Positions 23,538 to 36,311 of a DNA stretch of 64,000 nucleotides are shown here, in pieces. Source of the DNA: Neodothiora populina (taxonomy: Eukaryota); assembly GCF_041146345.1 (NCBI RefSeq), contig NW_027191413.1, positions 372,001 through 436,000 on the forward strand, read 5' to 3'. Each line of letters opens with the position of its first letter. The stretch's first letter is position 1. A program made the translations under genes and the position numbers. Under the pieces are notes generated by a model. That model was given only the letters and a program-made list of their open reading frames with translations, did no database searches and was not told the origin of the DNA.

Positions 23538-24386
23538 ATGGCCGGCACAAAACGCACGCACAACGACATCCACCCGTCACGAAAACCCCAGGTCCCCGAA
23601 GGCTCATCGTCCAAAAAACGCAAAACGAACCCTCACCCCTCGCGCAGACTCGAGCCCTCAAACCACGCCATAAACCCTCTCAAGTCACGAATCCGCAGTC
23701 TGCAGCGCCTGCTCTCGCACAAAGACGAGAAACTGCCCGCGGACGTGCGCTTGAATCACGAGCGCGAGCTGGCGAGCTGCAGGTATGAGCTCGAGGAGGC
23801 CGAGACGGAGAAGCGCAAGAGCGAGATGATCGGGCGGTATCACATGGTGCGGTTCTTCGATCGGCAGAAGGCGACGCGGAAGCTGAAGCAGTGTAAGAGG
23901 GGGCTCAAGGAGGCGGGGGAGGAGGACAGGAAGGTCTGGGAGGCCAGGGTTCATGATGCTGAGGTCGACGTCAATTATACCCAGTTTTACCCGCTTGATC
24001 AGCCGTATTCGGCGCTCTATCCTACCGGGACCAAGAAGGGTGGCAAGAAGGCGGCTGCTGCTGCTGGTGCTGCTGCGGATGATGATACTGCGGCGGAGAA
24101 AGTCGAGGAGCGGCAGGGTGATCCCGACATGTGGAAGGTCGTCGAAATCTGCATGGCGCAGGGCAAACTCGACAAGCTGAGGAACGGCAAGCTCATGAAG
24201 GCTGCGAGCGGACCCAAGAAGACCGACGACGATATCGCTGCTAGAGAGAAACTGCAAGACACCAAGACGAAAGACAAGAAGAATGCCAAGGCAGACAAGA
24301 ACAGCAAGGGAGGAAAGACCAAGGTCAAGGAGGTTGTCGAGCCGGTGGATGCAGGCGAAGAGAGTGATGGCGGTTTCTTCGAGTAG
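23538..24386 (+). CDS. EFG1: rRNA-processing protein Efg1
   Basis: INPLKSRIRSLQRLL..LPADVR, MIGRYHMVRFFDRQKATRKLK, EVDVNYTQFYPL..YSALYP and C-terminal ESDGGFFE. This is the ribosome-biogenesis EFG1, not the Candida APSES factor. Confidence 0.92.
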   Translation: MAGTKRTHNDIHPSRKPQVPEGSSSKKRKTNPHPSRRLEPSNHAINPLKSRIRSLQRLLSHKDEKLPADVRLNHERELASCRYELEEAETEKRKSEMIGRYHMVRFFDRQKATRKLKQCKRGLKEAGEEDRKVWEARVHDAEVDVNYTQFYPLDQPYSALYPTGTKKGGKKAAAAAGAAADDDTAAEKVEERQGDPDMWKVVEICMAQGKLDKLRNGKLMKAASGPKKTDDDIAAREKLQDTKTKDKKNAKADKNSKGGKTKVKEVVEPVDAGEESDGGFFE

Positions 24387-24588
24387 ACATGGCTTATATG
24401 CTGCTTCTTACGTTCTCCTTTGTTCGGAATTCGTATACCCTCGCGAGACCGACCGGGCCTTCGCTACTTGATATGGATGTCAATAAGCATTATTCTCATT
24501 TCCTCGCATTCGTCCTTTCCACCTCAAATGTCACACGACCACAATTCAGCTTAAGCAAGCCATGAATCATGTCTCGTCAGAAAACTCC

Positions 24589-25776
24589 TCACTTGCCTAA
24601 CCTCATGCCTCCCATCTGCTTGACAGGGACACCGCCATCATCGTCGTCATCCTGCTCCCAGCCCTCGGCTTCCTCTCTCGTCTTCTCCTCAGCTTCCTTC
24701 CTCGCCGCCTCGACCCTAACCTCTAACGCCTCTTCCCTTTCTTTCTCAAGTTTGTCTTCGTCTCTATTCTCAACCGCATCCTTGACACACAAGCCCAGCA
24801 TAGCCTGCATAGTGTACACGGCATCATTACCCGCATTGTGCAAGTTCCAGGGCTCGACATCACACAGCAAGAGCACATGCGCCAAACTCCTCGGGTTTGG
24901 TTCTTGTGTGAACACACGGTACATCATGCTTGTATCCTGGAATTCGAGCAGATTTGACAGGTTCGTCACGTCGTAGCCGGCTTTCTGCAGGTAGGCGACG
25001 TCGGTCTTGGTGTCGTGGCCCAGAAAGACAATGTTGCGTTTTGCTTCTGTGCCGGCGTTCTCGTCCGAGTCTTGCGAGGTGGGACTGCTCAGTGGCTTGC
25101 TATAGGGAGGTCTGAAGCATCCCGCAACCATGCCAGGCGTGTCTCTCTTCGCGATGAACCCGCTGTCTCCAAAGTCGAAGCGGTTCGGGCACCCAGCTAC
25201 GAAGTCTTTATTCTGCAGATCCTTGTACTCTCGGATGCGGAAATGCCGAGCACGTATGTACTTGCGCCACTCCTCGCCGCGTGCCCCTGGCGCCACATCA
25301 TGGATATCGCGCGTGTCGAGAGTCGCCACGCCAATTTCAGTGATGATGTTGTGGTTCCTCTCGAACGACTCCACGTCTACTGCGATAAAGACTACGTCGC
25401 AGTCGCATGGGAAAGGGACCTTGTTGTGCACATCGATGGGGCTGAGTGACGGCGAGGGGCACCTGGAGTCACCGTCGTCTGAAGTGGTTCTTGCACGCAG
25501 ACCAAGGTAACGCTGGGCGCGCTTGAAGCTGCGCACCATTTCTTGTTGTCTGGAGGCGCGGTCTTCCTTGCGTTTCTCTTTGGCCGCAATCTTGCTCTTC
25601 TGTCTGGCATCCTCGATGCTTGCAGCTAGTCCTTGCTGCGAAAGCCCGATAGGCTCTGTTGAAGGTGGGACAGGATCATCATGCTGCTCGCCCAGATTCT
25701 GACGAGAGACAGGAGTAGGGACGTTGATGCCGAATTGAGCCTTGAATCGTTCTGCTCTATTGGTGTTGGGCGCCAT
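24589..25776 (-). CDS. DEDDh exonuclease of the QIP (QDE-2-interacting protein)/Gfd2 family
   Basis: Exo I VFIAVDVES..ITEIGVATLDTRD, IRARHFRIREY, Exo II VFLGHDTKTD and Exo III LHNAGNDAVYT. First ATG is at 25776 (MAPNTNRAERFK); the track start at 25872 is not an ATG. Confidence 0.85.
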   Translation of the reverse strand: MAPNTNRAERFKAQFGINVPTPVSRQNLGEQHDDPVPPSTEPIGLSQQGLAASIEDARQKSKIAAKEKRKEDRASRQQEMVRSFKRAQRYLGLRARTTSDDGDSRCPSPSLSPIDVHNKVPFPCDCDVVFIAVDVESFERNHNIITEIGVATLDTRDIHDVAPGARGEEWRKYIRARHFRIREYKDLQNKDFVAGCPNRFDFGDSGFIAKRDTPGMVAGCFRPPYSKPLSSPTSQDSDENAGTEAKRNIVFLGHDTKTDVAYLQKAGYDVTNLSNLLEFQDTSMMYRVFTQEPNPRSLAHVLLLCDVEPWNLHNAGNDAVYTMQAMLGLCVKDAVENRDEDKLEKEREEALEVRVEAARKEAEEKTREEAEGWEQDDDDDGGVPVKQMGGMRLGK

Positions 25777-28491
25777 CTTTGGAAAGCTCAACACTGTTTT
25801 TGAAAGAGTACTTTTCGTGCTGGAATTGTGAACTTGCTGTCCATGCAACACGTTCAGATGATTTCTGCTCACAGGTTAGGTGTGCCTTGAGATTTTGTGC
25901 AAGAAAGAGATCACGATCATGCAGAGGTCAATAATATAGCTTCTAAAAAGAGAACAAAGCACCTTCGTCAGCCTGTGTCACGTTCACAGGTTGTTGAAGA
26001 CTCAAGATCATCAACTTTCAATTTACTGTTTGCTGTGCATGAGAAGTGTGGTTTGGAACTGCACGCCTTCCTGCCTTGACGGTGACAAAAAGAAAAGTCG
26101 CTGTGAAAGTGAAAAACCTACGTGGTCTCAAACTGTCTAGCAGTTCTGTCTACACCGTGCAAAGTACCGGCATGGCTTCATTACCACTGGAGTCTTCTCT
26201 CATCTTCACTCCAGTCACAGTGCACTACAGTCAAGGAAAGAAAAGTGAAATACCTACAAGGGTCAAATCAAGTCCACATGATGGAGACTTTGTAGCTGAA
26301 CAAGACCTGTGTCTGTAGACTCTGACCCTAAGGTTTGTGCAGCGATTGCTCTCACTTGAGAAATCTTCAGTTATCGCGATCTTCGAATGGCACTGCAATA
26401 CGATATGTAGAGGATATATTATGGAGTTTACCTGCTGTCCTGGGAGAAGTGGGGCGCAAAGCTGCATTGAAAGAAATACCGAGCTATACCGAAGCATCTT
26501 CGGCTTAGACATCCATACCTTACAGCTCATACGATACACACGGTACACCTCATAAAGATCAACAACTATTGTTACTATCCAATACGATGCGCAGAGCACT
26601 GGTCTCCGAATCAGGCTATTTATGATTCGCTTTCGTCGTTCCTTTATTTACCCTTTTTTTGCCTATCAACAAATCGAGGTGGGTTAGATAGATACAAACG
26701 TTAGACAAACGCTCCTACAGGGGTCATCGAAGAGGAAGACTTCGGCTTTGGTTTCAAGCTGTGTTAGGGTTTCTGTCCTTGTCATTGACAGGATTTAGAG
26801 CTGTGTCCTTGATGCCGCCAGATAACATGCTCGGCGCTGACGGAACGTGGGCACGAAGGTAATAATGAGTCTGTGAGAATGTGATTGTATTCATGTACCG
26901 GGACCAGGTACAGCAAGGTACTGTACTCGATGCAAGTCAAAAGCGTGCTTTCGTGAGAGGAGCGACTGAAAGGCAAAGGCGTCGCTGACACAAGTACGTC
27001 ACTCACGACGCTCTCATGTCAATAACGAACAGTCAGTGCAGACAGTATCATGTCGCAGACATCTGTAACGAATGTCTAGTCCTTCTATCCGGATGCAGAC
27101 GCTTAGGGCTCACGAGTACAATGAGCATCGCTCGTGTTATGATCCAAAAAGGTTATCGGCCAACGGTCGAGCGATAGCAAGATACGGAGTCATGTACAAG
27201 TACACATGCAGCTAATGACGGGTGCAACAGTCTACTGATTGCAGGCAAGAGAGGTGGTGTGGGCTTTTGTTTTGGTTCATGCTCAGAAAAGAGAAGGCTG
27301 ATGACGGTTGGATAAAGCGGGTAGATAGTACGAGCAATGTCAATGATATTTCTTTTTGCCTGTACGGTGTGTATACCTTACTTTGTTTGGCTGACAAGAT
27401 ATTCGCGAATGATTACCTCAGAAGCAGCCAAGGCCTCACAAGACTTCATGTCTCGCGCAGTTTCCCTTGTTGACCAACGCAAACAGACGGGACGGACTTT
27501 GTCGCGTCTTTTTTCGCCGGGACGCTGAGAGTGGCACACCAGAAAAAGACAGCCCCCGCAAAGAAAGGCGGAAAGGCAGTCACTAGCAGGCCGGCAAAAG
27601 CGAAAATTTGCTGACGTCAAGAAAAGTCTTCGAAGAACCTCACTTGGACCGGGCTTTTGGCGCACCGCACGGATCTCTTTTCTCTTTGGCTCCTTTGAGT
27701 CTGACAATTGAATCTGCCCCGGGCCCCATTTTGATTGATGGAAAAGGTATAGGGACCATAAGCAAACCGTCCTCCGCCTTTTCTTTTCCGGTTTCCTCTC
27801 TTCTCTATCTGCAAGTAGAAAAGATCCGAGGACTCAGCGTGCCGTCGACAAAAGGGTTGTTTGTGACTTTCTCTACTCTTTTCTCCACGAAAAGTAGACA
27901 ACAATAATACAGGGCGGGATCGCGTCAGTCTCAGCGTCTCAAGTCAACAAACACTGTACAAGTACACGGCATTCGATCATCAACAATATCGATAGGGCAC
28001 GCACGATTTCCCGATTTCCGACTTCCCCCCATCCTTATAATCATCATAAGCGAACACAATTGCCTGCACAAAACACTGTCCGTGGTCGCTGTGCAACGTA
28101 ATCAGAAACAACAAATTCCCAATTACCCTATTGACCGGCCTCCGCGCTTCATTGGGGAAAGAGAGTCGTCGCCGCTTCTGCCTTTCTACAACTGCTCGGC
28201 AGGAGTCATCAGCAATCCTTCACGACGTGCAAAACCCCGCGTCTTCCGGAAAGTGAAATCTGCAGGGGAGGCAAATAGACTTCCTGATCGAGTCCATCAT
28301 TCGAGTGCGACTTCCTTTGCTTTTGCACAATTCCACTTGCGACTTCCAAACCAATCAAAACCCGATCGACAACACGACGACGCGTCGCAATCGCATCGCA
28401 TCGCATCACAATCCATCACACCAATTAATTTACTTCTACACAAAACAAATACAACTGACGCAACCCTCCTTCTGATTCCCGTCTTGCAAAA

Positions 28492-31181
28492 ATGCCGCCA
28501 TCGAGCAGGCGGGCCACAAGGCCACGCAAAGCCGCCGAGGCTGCAGAGGTCTCGGATGCCGAGACTCCAGACCTGATTGCGACACCCTCTAGGACATCTC
28601 GCAAAAGAGCAAGAGGCAACAACGAAGCCGCCTCGAACGGTCGCGCTGCCACCAGGAGAAAGACCAGAGACACGCGAGCAGTGGAACGGGAGGACACGGA
28701 GGGTACGGAGCCTCAAGACAACAGCGACGCAGAAACAGAGCCTTCAGTGCCAGCAGAGGTGGAAGTCATCTCGAAACTCAAAGTCGCCGACAAGCTCGTC
28801 CACGCCACCGAGGACTACTCGAACGCACTCCTCGAGGGAAAGGAACACGTGCCTGGATACGGCAAGATCGCCGGCAGAAACTGGACTTTCATCATCCAAG
28901 GCGTCGAAGTCAACATTGGTAGACCCGAGCAACACGAGAGACCCTCGGACACTCAACAAGAACTCGGCAGCAGCCAGCCCGGTGATGCTGCTGCTCCTGC
29001 TGTCGCTTCGTCGATGGCCAAATCGAAGATCGATATTGATCTCGGCCCGGACAGGCAAATCTCCAGACTGCATGCAATCATCACCTACGATGGCGACCAG
29101 GAGCAGTGGTATATTATTGTCAATGGTCGCAACGGTATCCGTCTAGACACTGTCCCTATCAAGCGTGGAGCCAAAGCTCAGCTGCGTTCTGGCAGCGTCA
29201 TCGACATCTGTGGCACTCAGATGGCCTTTATCACTACGTCGACAAATGAAAACGACGGGCCCAGCTTCGCCGAATCCATCATCCGTCAGACTTACAATTC
29301 CGAGGAAGACGAGCCCAACGATGGAGATGCTCGATCGAACGGCAACGGTCATGCTCGCTCCGGTCAGAATGGCCAGGGCTCATCCGTCCGCCGTCCTCAA
29401 CACCCATCCTCTGCCTTCCGCGACGGCACCACGATGCGTTTCCATCCACAGTCACAACCTAACATGCAGCAGCCTGCACCGCCATTCCAGATGCCGGGCA
29501 CACCTGTGCGTAATCAGGCTCTTCAGATTCCTACTTCGCGCACCAAGCCATCTCCCGCATCTGCAGGCGGGTACTCCCGTGGCGTCATGATTGAGTCTAC
29601 CGAATCCATCGACTACGCTCACGACCAGGCCAAGGACCTTAAGCCTCCGCACTCATACGCTCAGCTGATCGGCATGGCAATCTTGTCCACACCGGAGCAG
29701 CAGATGACGCTCAACAACATCTACAAGTGGATCATGTCGAATTACGCTTTCTACAGGTTCAACACCGGTGGCTGGCAAAACTCCATCAGACACAATCTCA
29801 GCCTGAACAAGGCTTTCGAGAAGATCGCCCGTCGCACAGACGAGCCTGGAAAAGGCATGAAGTGGATGATTGCCCCCAAGGAGAGGGACACTTTCCTAAG
29901 CCAAGGCATGAAGGGCTGTCGTCGACCCAATACTGCTACCGGTGTGCCATCTTCGGATGCCCCCCGTGGAGCGTCTGATCCTTCTAGCCCTGCCCAGATT
30001 GCCGGTCAGTCACTCGCTCACGCAAGACTGAATGGCGCTGTAAATGGCATTCCTGCCAAGTCTGAGCACAGTGCCAGCCCGCCCATGAGCAGCTACAACC
30101 AACAGCAATACCCAACTTACCCTACAGCCCAGGAGGCATATACTCCGGACAGAGGCTCACGCCGTCCAGGCATCAAGTATGACGACAACGATCCTGACCT
30201 TGTCTATCCTCCATCTGCGAAGAGCACCTTGAACCATCTCACTGCAGCGGCCAACGCAGCTGGGTCTCCGCCTTCTCTGTATGTCAATGAGGATGGTCGT
30301 GTTGGGCCACTCGACACGCCGTTTCCCGTCCGCAGCAGCCAAAAGCTAGCGCCTCCATCTACTTTGCAACGCCCGTCGGCCTTTATGGAGTTTTCGTCAC
30401 CGGCACCCTTCTGGAAGTTTGGTTCCACCCCGTTGCGCCCGCTCGGGGCTGATATGAGCCCCTTGAAGACACCCTTCTCAAACTTCCGGCCCCTGGGCCC
30501 CGAGATCAAGTACGAGGAGGACCACAAGGACATTGTGGACCGACGCAGTGCTACTAGCGATCGTGACATTGACGACATGCCTGTCGTGCAGTCCAGCTCA
30601 CCGCCGCGTCCTGGTAGCGGGCAGGACCCGATTGATGCAAGCCCCACGCGCAGCATCCCTCGTCCAGCGACTAGTCACAGTCGCAGCGCCATGTACGAAC
30701 TCGAGCACACTCAGTCGCCTATCGCTCGTGGAAGAAGTACTCCTTTTGATGGTAGACCTGCTGAAGCAGAGCCTGCACAGAGTGAATTGCCCACAGCAAA
30801 TGCGCCGCCTCATCCCAGCTCACAGGCACCTGCCACCGCCATGCGTCCTCCGTCATCTGCATCAAGCTTCGGCAACAACAGCAACTACACCACCACTGCT
30901 CCGACTCAGCAGTCGACCAACAGCAGCAATAGCAATGTGATGAACTCTGGTATCAACGGTCTTGCCAATGCTGCAGCTACCGTGGGATCAATGCGTTACA
31001 GTGCCGAGGCTTCTAATGCGGATGACGATGATGGCATCGACCTGGCAAAGTAAGTCTTCTTCTTTTGGTCTCTATATCAGAATACAATACTAATATTTTT
31101 GCTTCCAGAGGCTTCCAACCCATCGGCGCATTCCACAAGATGGGCGCTGCACGATTCGGTCTAGGTATGGCGGGGCGTTAG
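28492..31181 (+). CDS. FHA + forkhead transcription factor (Fkh1/Fkh2/Sep1 family), 2 exons
   Basis: FHA motifs GYGKIAGRNW..VNIGR..DIDLGPDRQISRLHA..GRNG, and forkhead KPPHSYAQLI..GWQNSIRHNLSLNKAF. Intron 31050-31108 (GTAAGT..CTAAT..CAG) gives C-terminus DLAKGFQPIG..GR*. Confidence 0.93.
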
Positions 31182-32342
31182 ACGCGCTCTTCTGGACATG
31201 AAGGCCGTAGTGGATACAGTCGACGTGGCGGAAAGAAGTCGAAAGCCGCGCATAGGTCTGCCTCGACGTTCTTGTCCACTGCGATGATGTCTATGCAGAT
31301 GCCTCTTCCGCTGCCGTTACCGTATGGGGTCATGCCTTTTTATCGCACGCTCGGAAACGCACATCATTGAGAGGGGAGGCGTTGTGAGAAGGAGAGGAAG
31401 GTGTATTGAGTAAACTGTATGTACTGGACTGGGGCTGGTAGGTAATGTCTTTAAAACCAGCATGGGAAATGGCTGTAGTAGTAATTGTCCTTATTTCTCT
31501 TTTCTGCTTTTCTGATTCTAGCTCTTCGACTCTTGCAGGACTACTCCACTAGTACATACAAGGCACGGGAAGAGTGTGAAACGGGGTGTTCTGTTCATAC
31601 CTTAGGGTTCATTCCTTGTGGGACAAGGGAATCATTCGACACGAAACGGATATTCAGCAGTGGCGTCTCAGGAACTGGGTTAGGGATTTATTATCATCGT
31701 CGTTATTCATCGTCATTCGTCAATTCTATCACGACTTCTTCGCCTTTCTCGCTCCATATAACATTGAATCTCCAGGGAAAGAAAAGCGATAAGACTTATA
31801 CCCAGACGCAAGGGGGAGAAAACTTGTCAATAATATTACAGTATTACATTATCTGACACCTCGCACCAGAATTTTACTCGACTCGGTTCTACAAGGGGGA
31901 TATACATCCTTTTCTCTTTGTCTGTTTCCTTCCTGTTCTGTTCTGTACATGCTAGTAAGGGGGTGTGCAAGGGGAATGACAAGACAACTTCAGCCGATCG
32001 GTCCGTCGGTTGGTTGATTGATTGAAGGCGAGAGAGAGAAGAACTATGAACAAAGGGAAGAAGAAGATAGAAAGACAAAAAACTCGAGGGGTAATATCGG
32101 ATTGGCAAAACAATGAACAGGAAAGGAAAATAACCAAGGACAGACGGCCAGTACAGAAGCGCAGTGAGGCTTTTGTCCAAGCAGGTACCTTGGGTACAGT
32201 TCGAAACACAGAGCAAAAAGCAAAACCAGACGAGCAGCGTCTCTCTCGGACGAACGCAAACATCTCCTCCAACACATGCCTGGTTTGTTTCCTTACAATT
32301 GCCTCTTCATGGCAAGGAGAGACTTTCAACACTGCTGCTCAC

Positions 32343-35300
32343 TCAGTAAGGGGGCGTGACCCTTCCATCTCTCCCCTCGATTCCGCCATTCGACTGCTCG
32401 CCGCCTTCGTAGCTCCTGTCGCTACCTCCACTGCCGTATTCATTGCTCTCGTCGCCGACAAGTCCCACACTGTCCAGTAGCGCGCCCAGATCTTTCCTGC
32501 TGCTGCTGCTGCTTTCGCCACCGCTTATGGTGAGGTGTCTGGTGGATGCGTGGCCCGATGCGGATCGGACGCCTCGTCTGGAGTTTGCTGTTTGTGGTCT
32601 TTGGTTGTATTGCTGGTAGATCATGTCGATAGTCGAGGCTGGCGAGAGGGCGGCACTTTCTGCGCTTTTGGGAGATAGTGTCGATGGAGCTGGGGGGAAT
32701 GACGTTTCTAGTCTGCTTGGTTGTTGTGGTGACAGCAACTTGTTCTCGTTGGAGAGGCCGTTGCTGGCTTGAGGGGAGGCGCCGTCTTTGTTAGTGGCGG
32801 TATTGCCATTGCCATTGACGGTGATGTTACCACCTTCGGCGTTGAGCTCGTTCACGGCATCCCTCATCCAGTCAGGAAGGCTGCCCCTGTCTCCACTGGA
32901 TCCTGCTCCGATCGCAGAAGCTGTGGAGTTGCCGATGGGGAGTGGGGTGTCCAGAGTAGGTGCCCCGTCGGTGAGAGCTGGTTGGTCGACGGGTCCACTG
33001 CCACTTTCGCCGGGCGCATCGGAAAGCGCATCTCCAAAGCTGGATTCGGGGTACTCGTCATTTTCGACCATGCTGTCATCGTCGTCATCTCCCTCATCGG
33101 AATAGTCTAACGCGCTTCCGCCTAGTCGTCCGAGACCTGCACCACCGGCTCCTCCGACTGCGGACCCGGTTGCCAGAGCGCGCTTGAGCTCGTCGATTCG
33201 CGAGACGCCGCCTGCACCGACAATTGAACTTGTGCGTGTACTTCTGGTACCATATCCCCCATTGGTGCTAGCACTTGCCCTCCTGCCACCGGCTGCTGCA
33301 CCTGAAAGCGCAGTTGCCATGGCATTTGCAGACGCGCCGTTAGCACCAGGGGAGCGCGACTGTAGTCTGCTCGGTCCTCGCGCACCATTCGGGCTTCGAG
33401 CAGTGGGAGCCCGACGCACGCCACCCGTAGCTCCACTGCCTTGTTTGCCTGCAGACCCGGTTCGGGTTGGTGATCCTTCATTGCTTTTGGTCATGGGGAA
33501 TGTGTGTGAGGCCAGCAGGGTTCTGTGGTCTCCTAGCATGACTCCGTTGCCACTACCGCGTAGCATGTCTGTCCGTGAGCCGAAGTTTGTGCTGCCCGAG
33601 AGGCCTGCACCTCCAGTCCTGCTACCACTCAGCGACACACTCTTGGGTGCACTCGCTGCGATGGCCGCGAGAAGGCTTTCCCTTGACCATATGGAGTCTA
33701 GCTCCTCCTTGATCGAGTCGGGTAATGGTCCGCCATGAGTCTGAGCTGCGGATGCCGATGATGGGTTCAGGTGAGATGGCTTCGTCAGCGTTGGGTCGCC
33801 CAGCATCGGAAGCGAGAAAGTACGGTTCGGCGAAGCAGGAGGAGACGAAGGTGGGGACGACAGAGAGTCTGAGATGGCGTCTGCCAGCGAATCGACGAAT
33901 TGCTGTCGGTGCTCTAGCAGCTTGAGTGACTTTTCTGAGTTTGTAGGCAGCGAGCTCGATGAAGTTCTCTCAATCTGAGTGACCTGCATTGGCGGAACCT
34001 GGATACCTGGAAGCCAGAGGTTGTTGCCTTCGCGACGTAAGATCTCGTTCTTGATCTCCGTGCCAATAAAGGTATTGTCAAGCTTGTAGACTGCAATCAG
34101 AGCTGCAAAGTAGCCATGGACCAGACCACCAAGTCGTACTTTAGCTGGAACAGATGAGACTCGCTGGATGTCTTCTTGCATACGGAACATCATCGGTAGT
34201 CCAGTTCTGACAGCATTGATGCCAAGCTTAGCACTCAACTCGGTAAGCAACAGATGAAGAAGCAGAAACTCGCCGTCAGCGTCTGGAGCGGCGGCGCGCT
34301 GCAGTGCTTGCTCGTATATGGCCAGATGCAATAGCTGCAAGAAAGTAGACCGGCCTTTCTTGGATCCTCTATGTCTTGCTGAGGCATTAGACACAGCTCG
34401 ACGTGCAATCTCACCACCGGCATTCTCCTTTCTGTTCTTTACCAAAGAAACTTTATTTTCCAGTTTGAAGTCTGCCGCAATCGTCTCAAGCTCGAGCCAG
34501 GTACAAAGAGCGTCCACATATGTTCTGCGAACTTCACTAGAAGTGTCACGGATGAGCCACTGAGTGCCTTCCCACACACCCACAGGTATGGGATTGCGGT
34601 TGACGCTGTCATCAACATGTGCACTGTGGGCAGTCTTCATAATGTCGATGACGACATTGAGTGCAACCTCGCGGGCGGTGTCAAACGAGAAGAAGCCATC
34701 GATGTTTGGTCTTTCCTTGAGACTCGCGTTAGAAGCAACTTCGGCGGCTGCGTTGTCCGGGTTCTCGATGGCCGATGCGGTAATCGAAGGGTTTTGAGTA
34801 GGCCCAAGCGAGGGTTTGAGGCGCAACAGAATTGCAGAGACCATGTCGGAGATTTGATCAGTATAATATACATGAGTAGCAAGGCTAGCAATGCACTGGC
34901 GCAATTCGGCGAGCAGCTGCACGCGTGCGGGAGACGCAGTCTTGACAACCTCCATCTGGACTGTACGAGGTGTCTTGGGAGTCGTGGGTGAACTTATGGA
35001 GCCGCTCCGACTGGATGGTGCGATGTCGTCGCCATTAAGAGTAGCGCTTCGAGTGCCAATTTGAAGGATCAACAGCACGTGTTGTACAAGACCGAGGAGT
35101 ATGTCCATGATGGAGAGACCGATCAGGTTGATGTTCGAAGACAAAACCTGTCCAATGATGCCAGCCAATACCAACTGCTTGTCTAGTCGGTCTTCGGTGA
35201 CGGGAGTGCGTATAAGAGTTTCGACAGCAGTGAACAGAACAACGAAGCGATCTTGGACAGGCGCGCAGTTGCAGACCATCTTCACCAGAGTCGTGGCCCA

Positions 35301-36311
35301 TATAGCAGCATGACCGGGCTTCTCTGATCTGCTGGAACTAGTCGGCTGTTCAGAGATGAAAGTCAAGAGGCAGCTGGTCGCCGTGCGGATCTGGGCTCGG
35401 TTTTCCACATTGAAGATGGAGTTCAGGCAGCGTAGAGCCAGCAAGCCTGCCGATTCTTCAGCAATCTTGTCTGCATCGGCGGCAGTGCCCCCAGCAGCTC
35501 TGGCGTCTCCCTCCTCGTTGGTCTTGGTTCTCATCATGCTGACACTAGGTCTGCCTCTGGTCGTTGCGGTCTCTATTTCTTTGTTGTGCTCCATTTCACG
35601 CTCGTTCAGTCTGATCAGATACGAGCCGTCCTCGGCCCAGATGTTCTGCAGTATGACGTCCATGACAATATCCATATGTTTGCCTGCCTCCGAGTTCAGG
35701 GACTCGTTCTCGGCGACTGCCTTCATGGCCTCGAGTCCATCCTTCCTCAATCTGATCTCATCGCTGGCGCTCAACTGCGTCAACCTGCCCAGTGTCTTCT
35801 GGCCTCCTCTTTTAGCAGCAAACTCGGCCCAAGTGTGCACAACACCAGCGAACAAACCACGATACTCGGCATCACCTGCCAGAGTAGCATGATCCTGGTT
35901 ACAGCACAGGCTGGTCCAGACAGGCAAGCAACCGTCCACCAGGTCAACATTGGCCCCCTGTGTCAAGACCTCCTTTAGTATACGCAGCACATACGGCGCG
36001 AAGAGACCGAATCCCTCCTTTCCGCCGCCGATCTCATGGCTGTTCAGAAACGCAGCGAGAATCTGCAACGTAACCAACACAGCAGGGGTGCGGCCTTTGT
36101 AGAGGTCGTGCTCTGTCTTTTTCTCCAAGAAGGTGCCGACCTTGGTGAGCTTGGAACGACGCGCCGATGCGTAGTAGAGGAGATAGCTCAATTCACTGCT
36201 ATTGGGCTTGATTTCCTCTGTCGCTGTAGTGTTTTTAGGCAGCTTGGGATAGCATTTGAGTATCAGCAGCTGATGCTTGGGTCGACATTTCTGACGAAGC
36301 GCATGCATCAT
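32343..36311 (-). CDS. EFR3: Efr3, plasma-membrane PI4-kinase (Stt4) scaffold
   Basis: N-terminal RQKCRPKHQLLILKCYP..KPNSSELSYLLYYASARRSKLTKVG, plus PVQDRF, LIGLSIMDILLGL and LATHVYYTDQISDM. Ends in a PPY motif after a long low-complexity tail. Confidence 0.93.
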   Translation of the reverse strand: MMHALRQKCRPKHQLLILKCYPKLPKNTTATEEIKPNSSELSYLLYYASARRSKLTKVGTFLEKKTEHDLYKGRTPAVLVTLQILAAFLNSHEIGGGKEGFGLFAPYVLRILKEVLTQGANVDLVDGCLPVWTSLCCNQDHATLAGDAEYRGLFAGVVHTWAEFAAKRGGQKTLGRLTQLSASDEIRLRKDGLEAMKAVAENESLNSEAGKHMDIVMDVILQNIWAEDGSYLIRLNEREMEHNKEIETATTRGRPSVSMMRTKTNEEGDARAAGGTAADADKIAEESAGLLALRCLNSIFNVENRAQIRTATSCLLTFISEQPTSSSRSEKPGHAAIWATTLVKMVCNCAPVQDRFVVLFTAVETLIRTPVTEDRLDKQLVLAGIIGQVLSSNINLIGLSIMDILLGLVQHVLLILQIGTRSATLNGDDIAPSSRSGSISSPTTPKTPRTVQMEVVKTASPARVQLLAELRQCIASLATHVYYTDQISDMVSAILLRLKPSLGPTQNPSITASAIENPDNAAAEVASNASLKERPNIDGFFSFDTAREVALNVVIDIMKTAHSAHVDDSVNRNPIPVGVWEGTQWLIRDTSSEVRRTYVDALCTWLELETIAADFKLENKVSLVKNRKENAGGEIARRAVSNASARHRGSKKGRSTFLQLLHLAIYEQALQRAAAPDADGEFLLLHLLLTELSAKLGINAVRTGLPMMFRMQEDIQRVSSVPAKVRLGGLVHGYFAALIAVYKLDNTFIGTEIKNEILRREGNNLWLPGIQVPPMQVTQIERTSSSSLPTNSEKSLKLLEHRQQFVDSLADAISDSLSSPPSSPPASPNRTFSLPMLGDPTLTKPSHLNPSSASAAQTHGGPLPDSIKEELDSIWSRESLLAAIAASAPKSVSLSGSRTGGAGLSGSTNFGSRTDMLRGSGNGVMLGDHRTLLASHTFPMTKSNEGSPTRTGSAGKQGSGATGGVRRAPTARSPNGARGPSRLQSRSPGANGASANAMATALSGAAAGGRRASASTNGGYGTRSTRTSSIVGAGGVSRIDELKRALATGSAVGGAGGAGLGRLGGSALDYSDEGDDDDDSMVENDEYPESSFGDALSDAPGESGSGPVDQPALTDGAPTLDTPLPIGNSTASAIGAGSSGDRGSLPDWMRDAVNELNAEGGNITVNGNGNTATNKDGASPQASNGLSNENKLLSPQQPSRLETSFPPAPSTLSPKSAESAALSPASTIDMIYQQYNQRPQTANSRRGVRSASGHASTRHLTISGGESSSSSRKDLGALLDSVGLVGDESNEYGSGGSDRSYEGGEQSNGGIEGRDGRVTPPY

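Noticed and set aside
25897..28480. Short ORFs between the exonuclease and forkhead genes
   Set aside because: No consistent frame or family similarity; likely divergent promoter/UTR sequence, though an old relic near 26.3-26.8 kb cannot be excluded.
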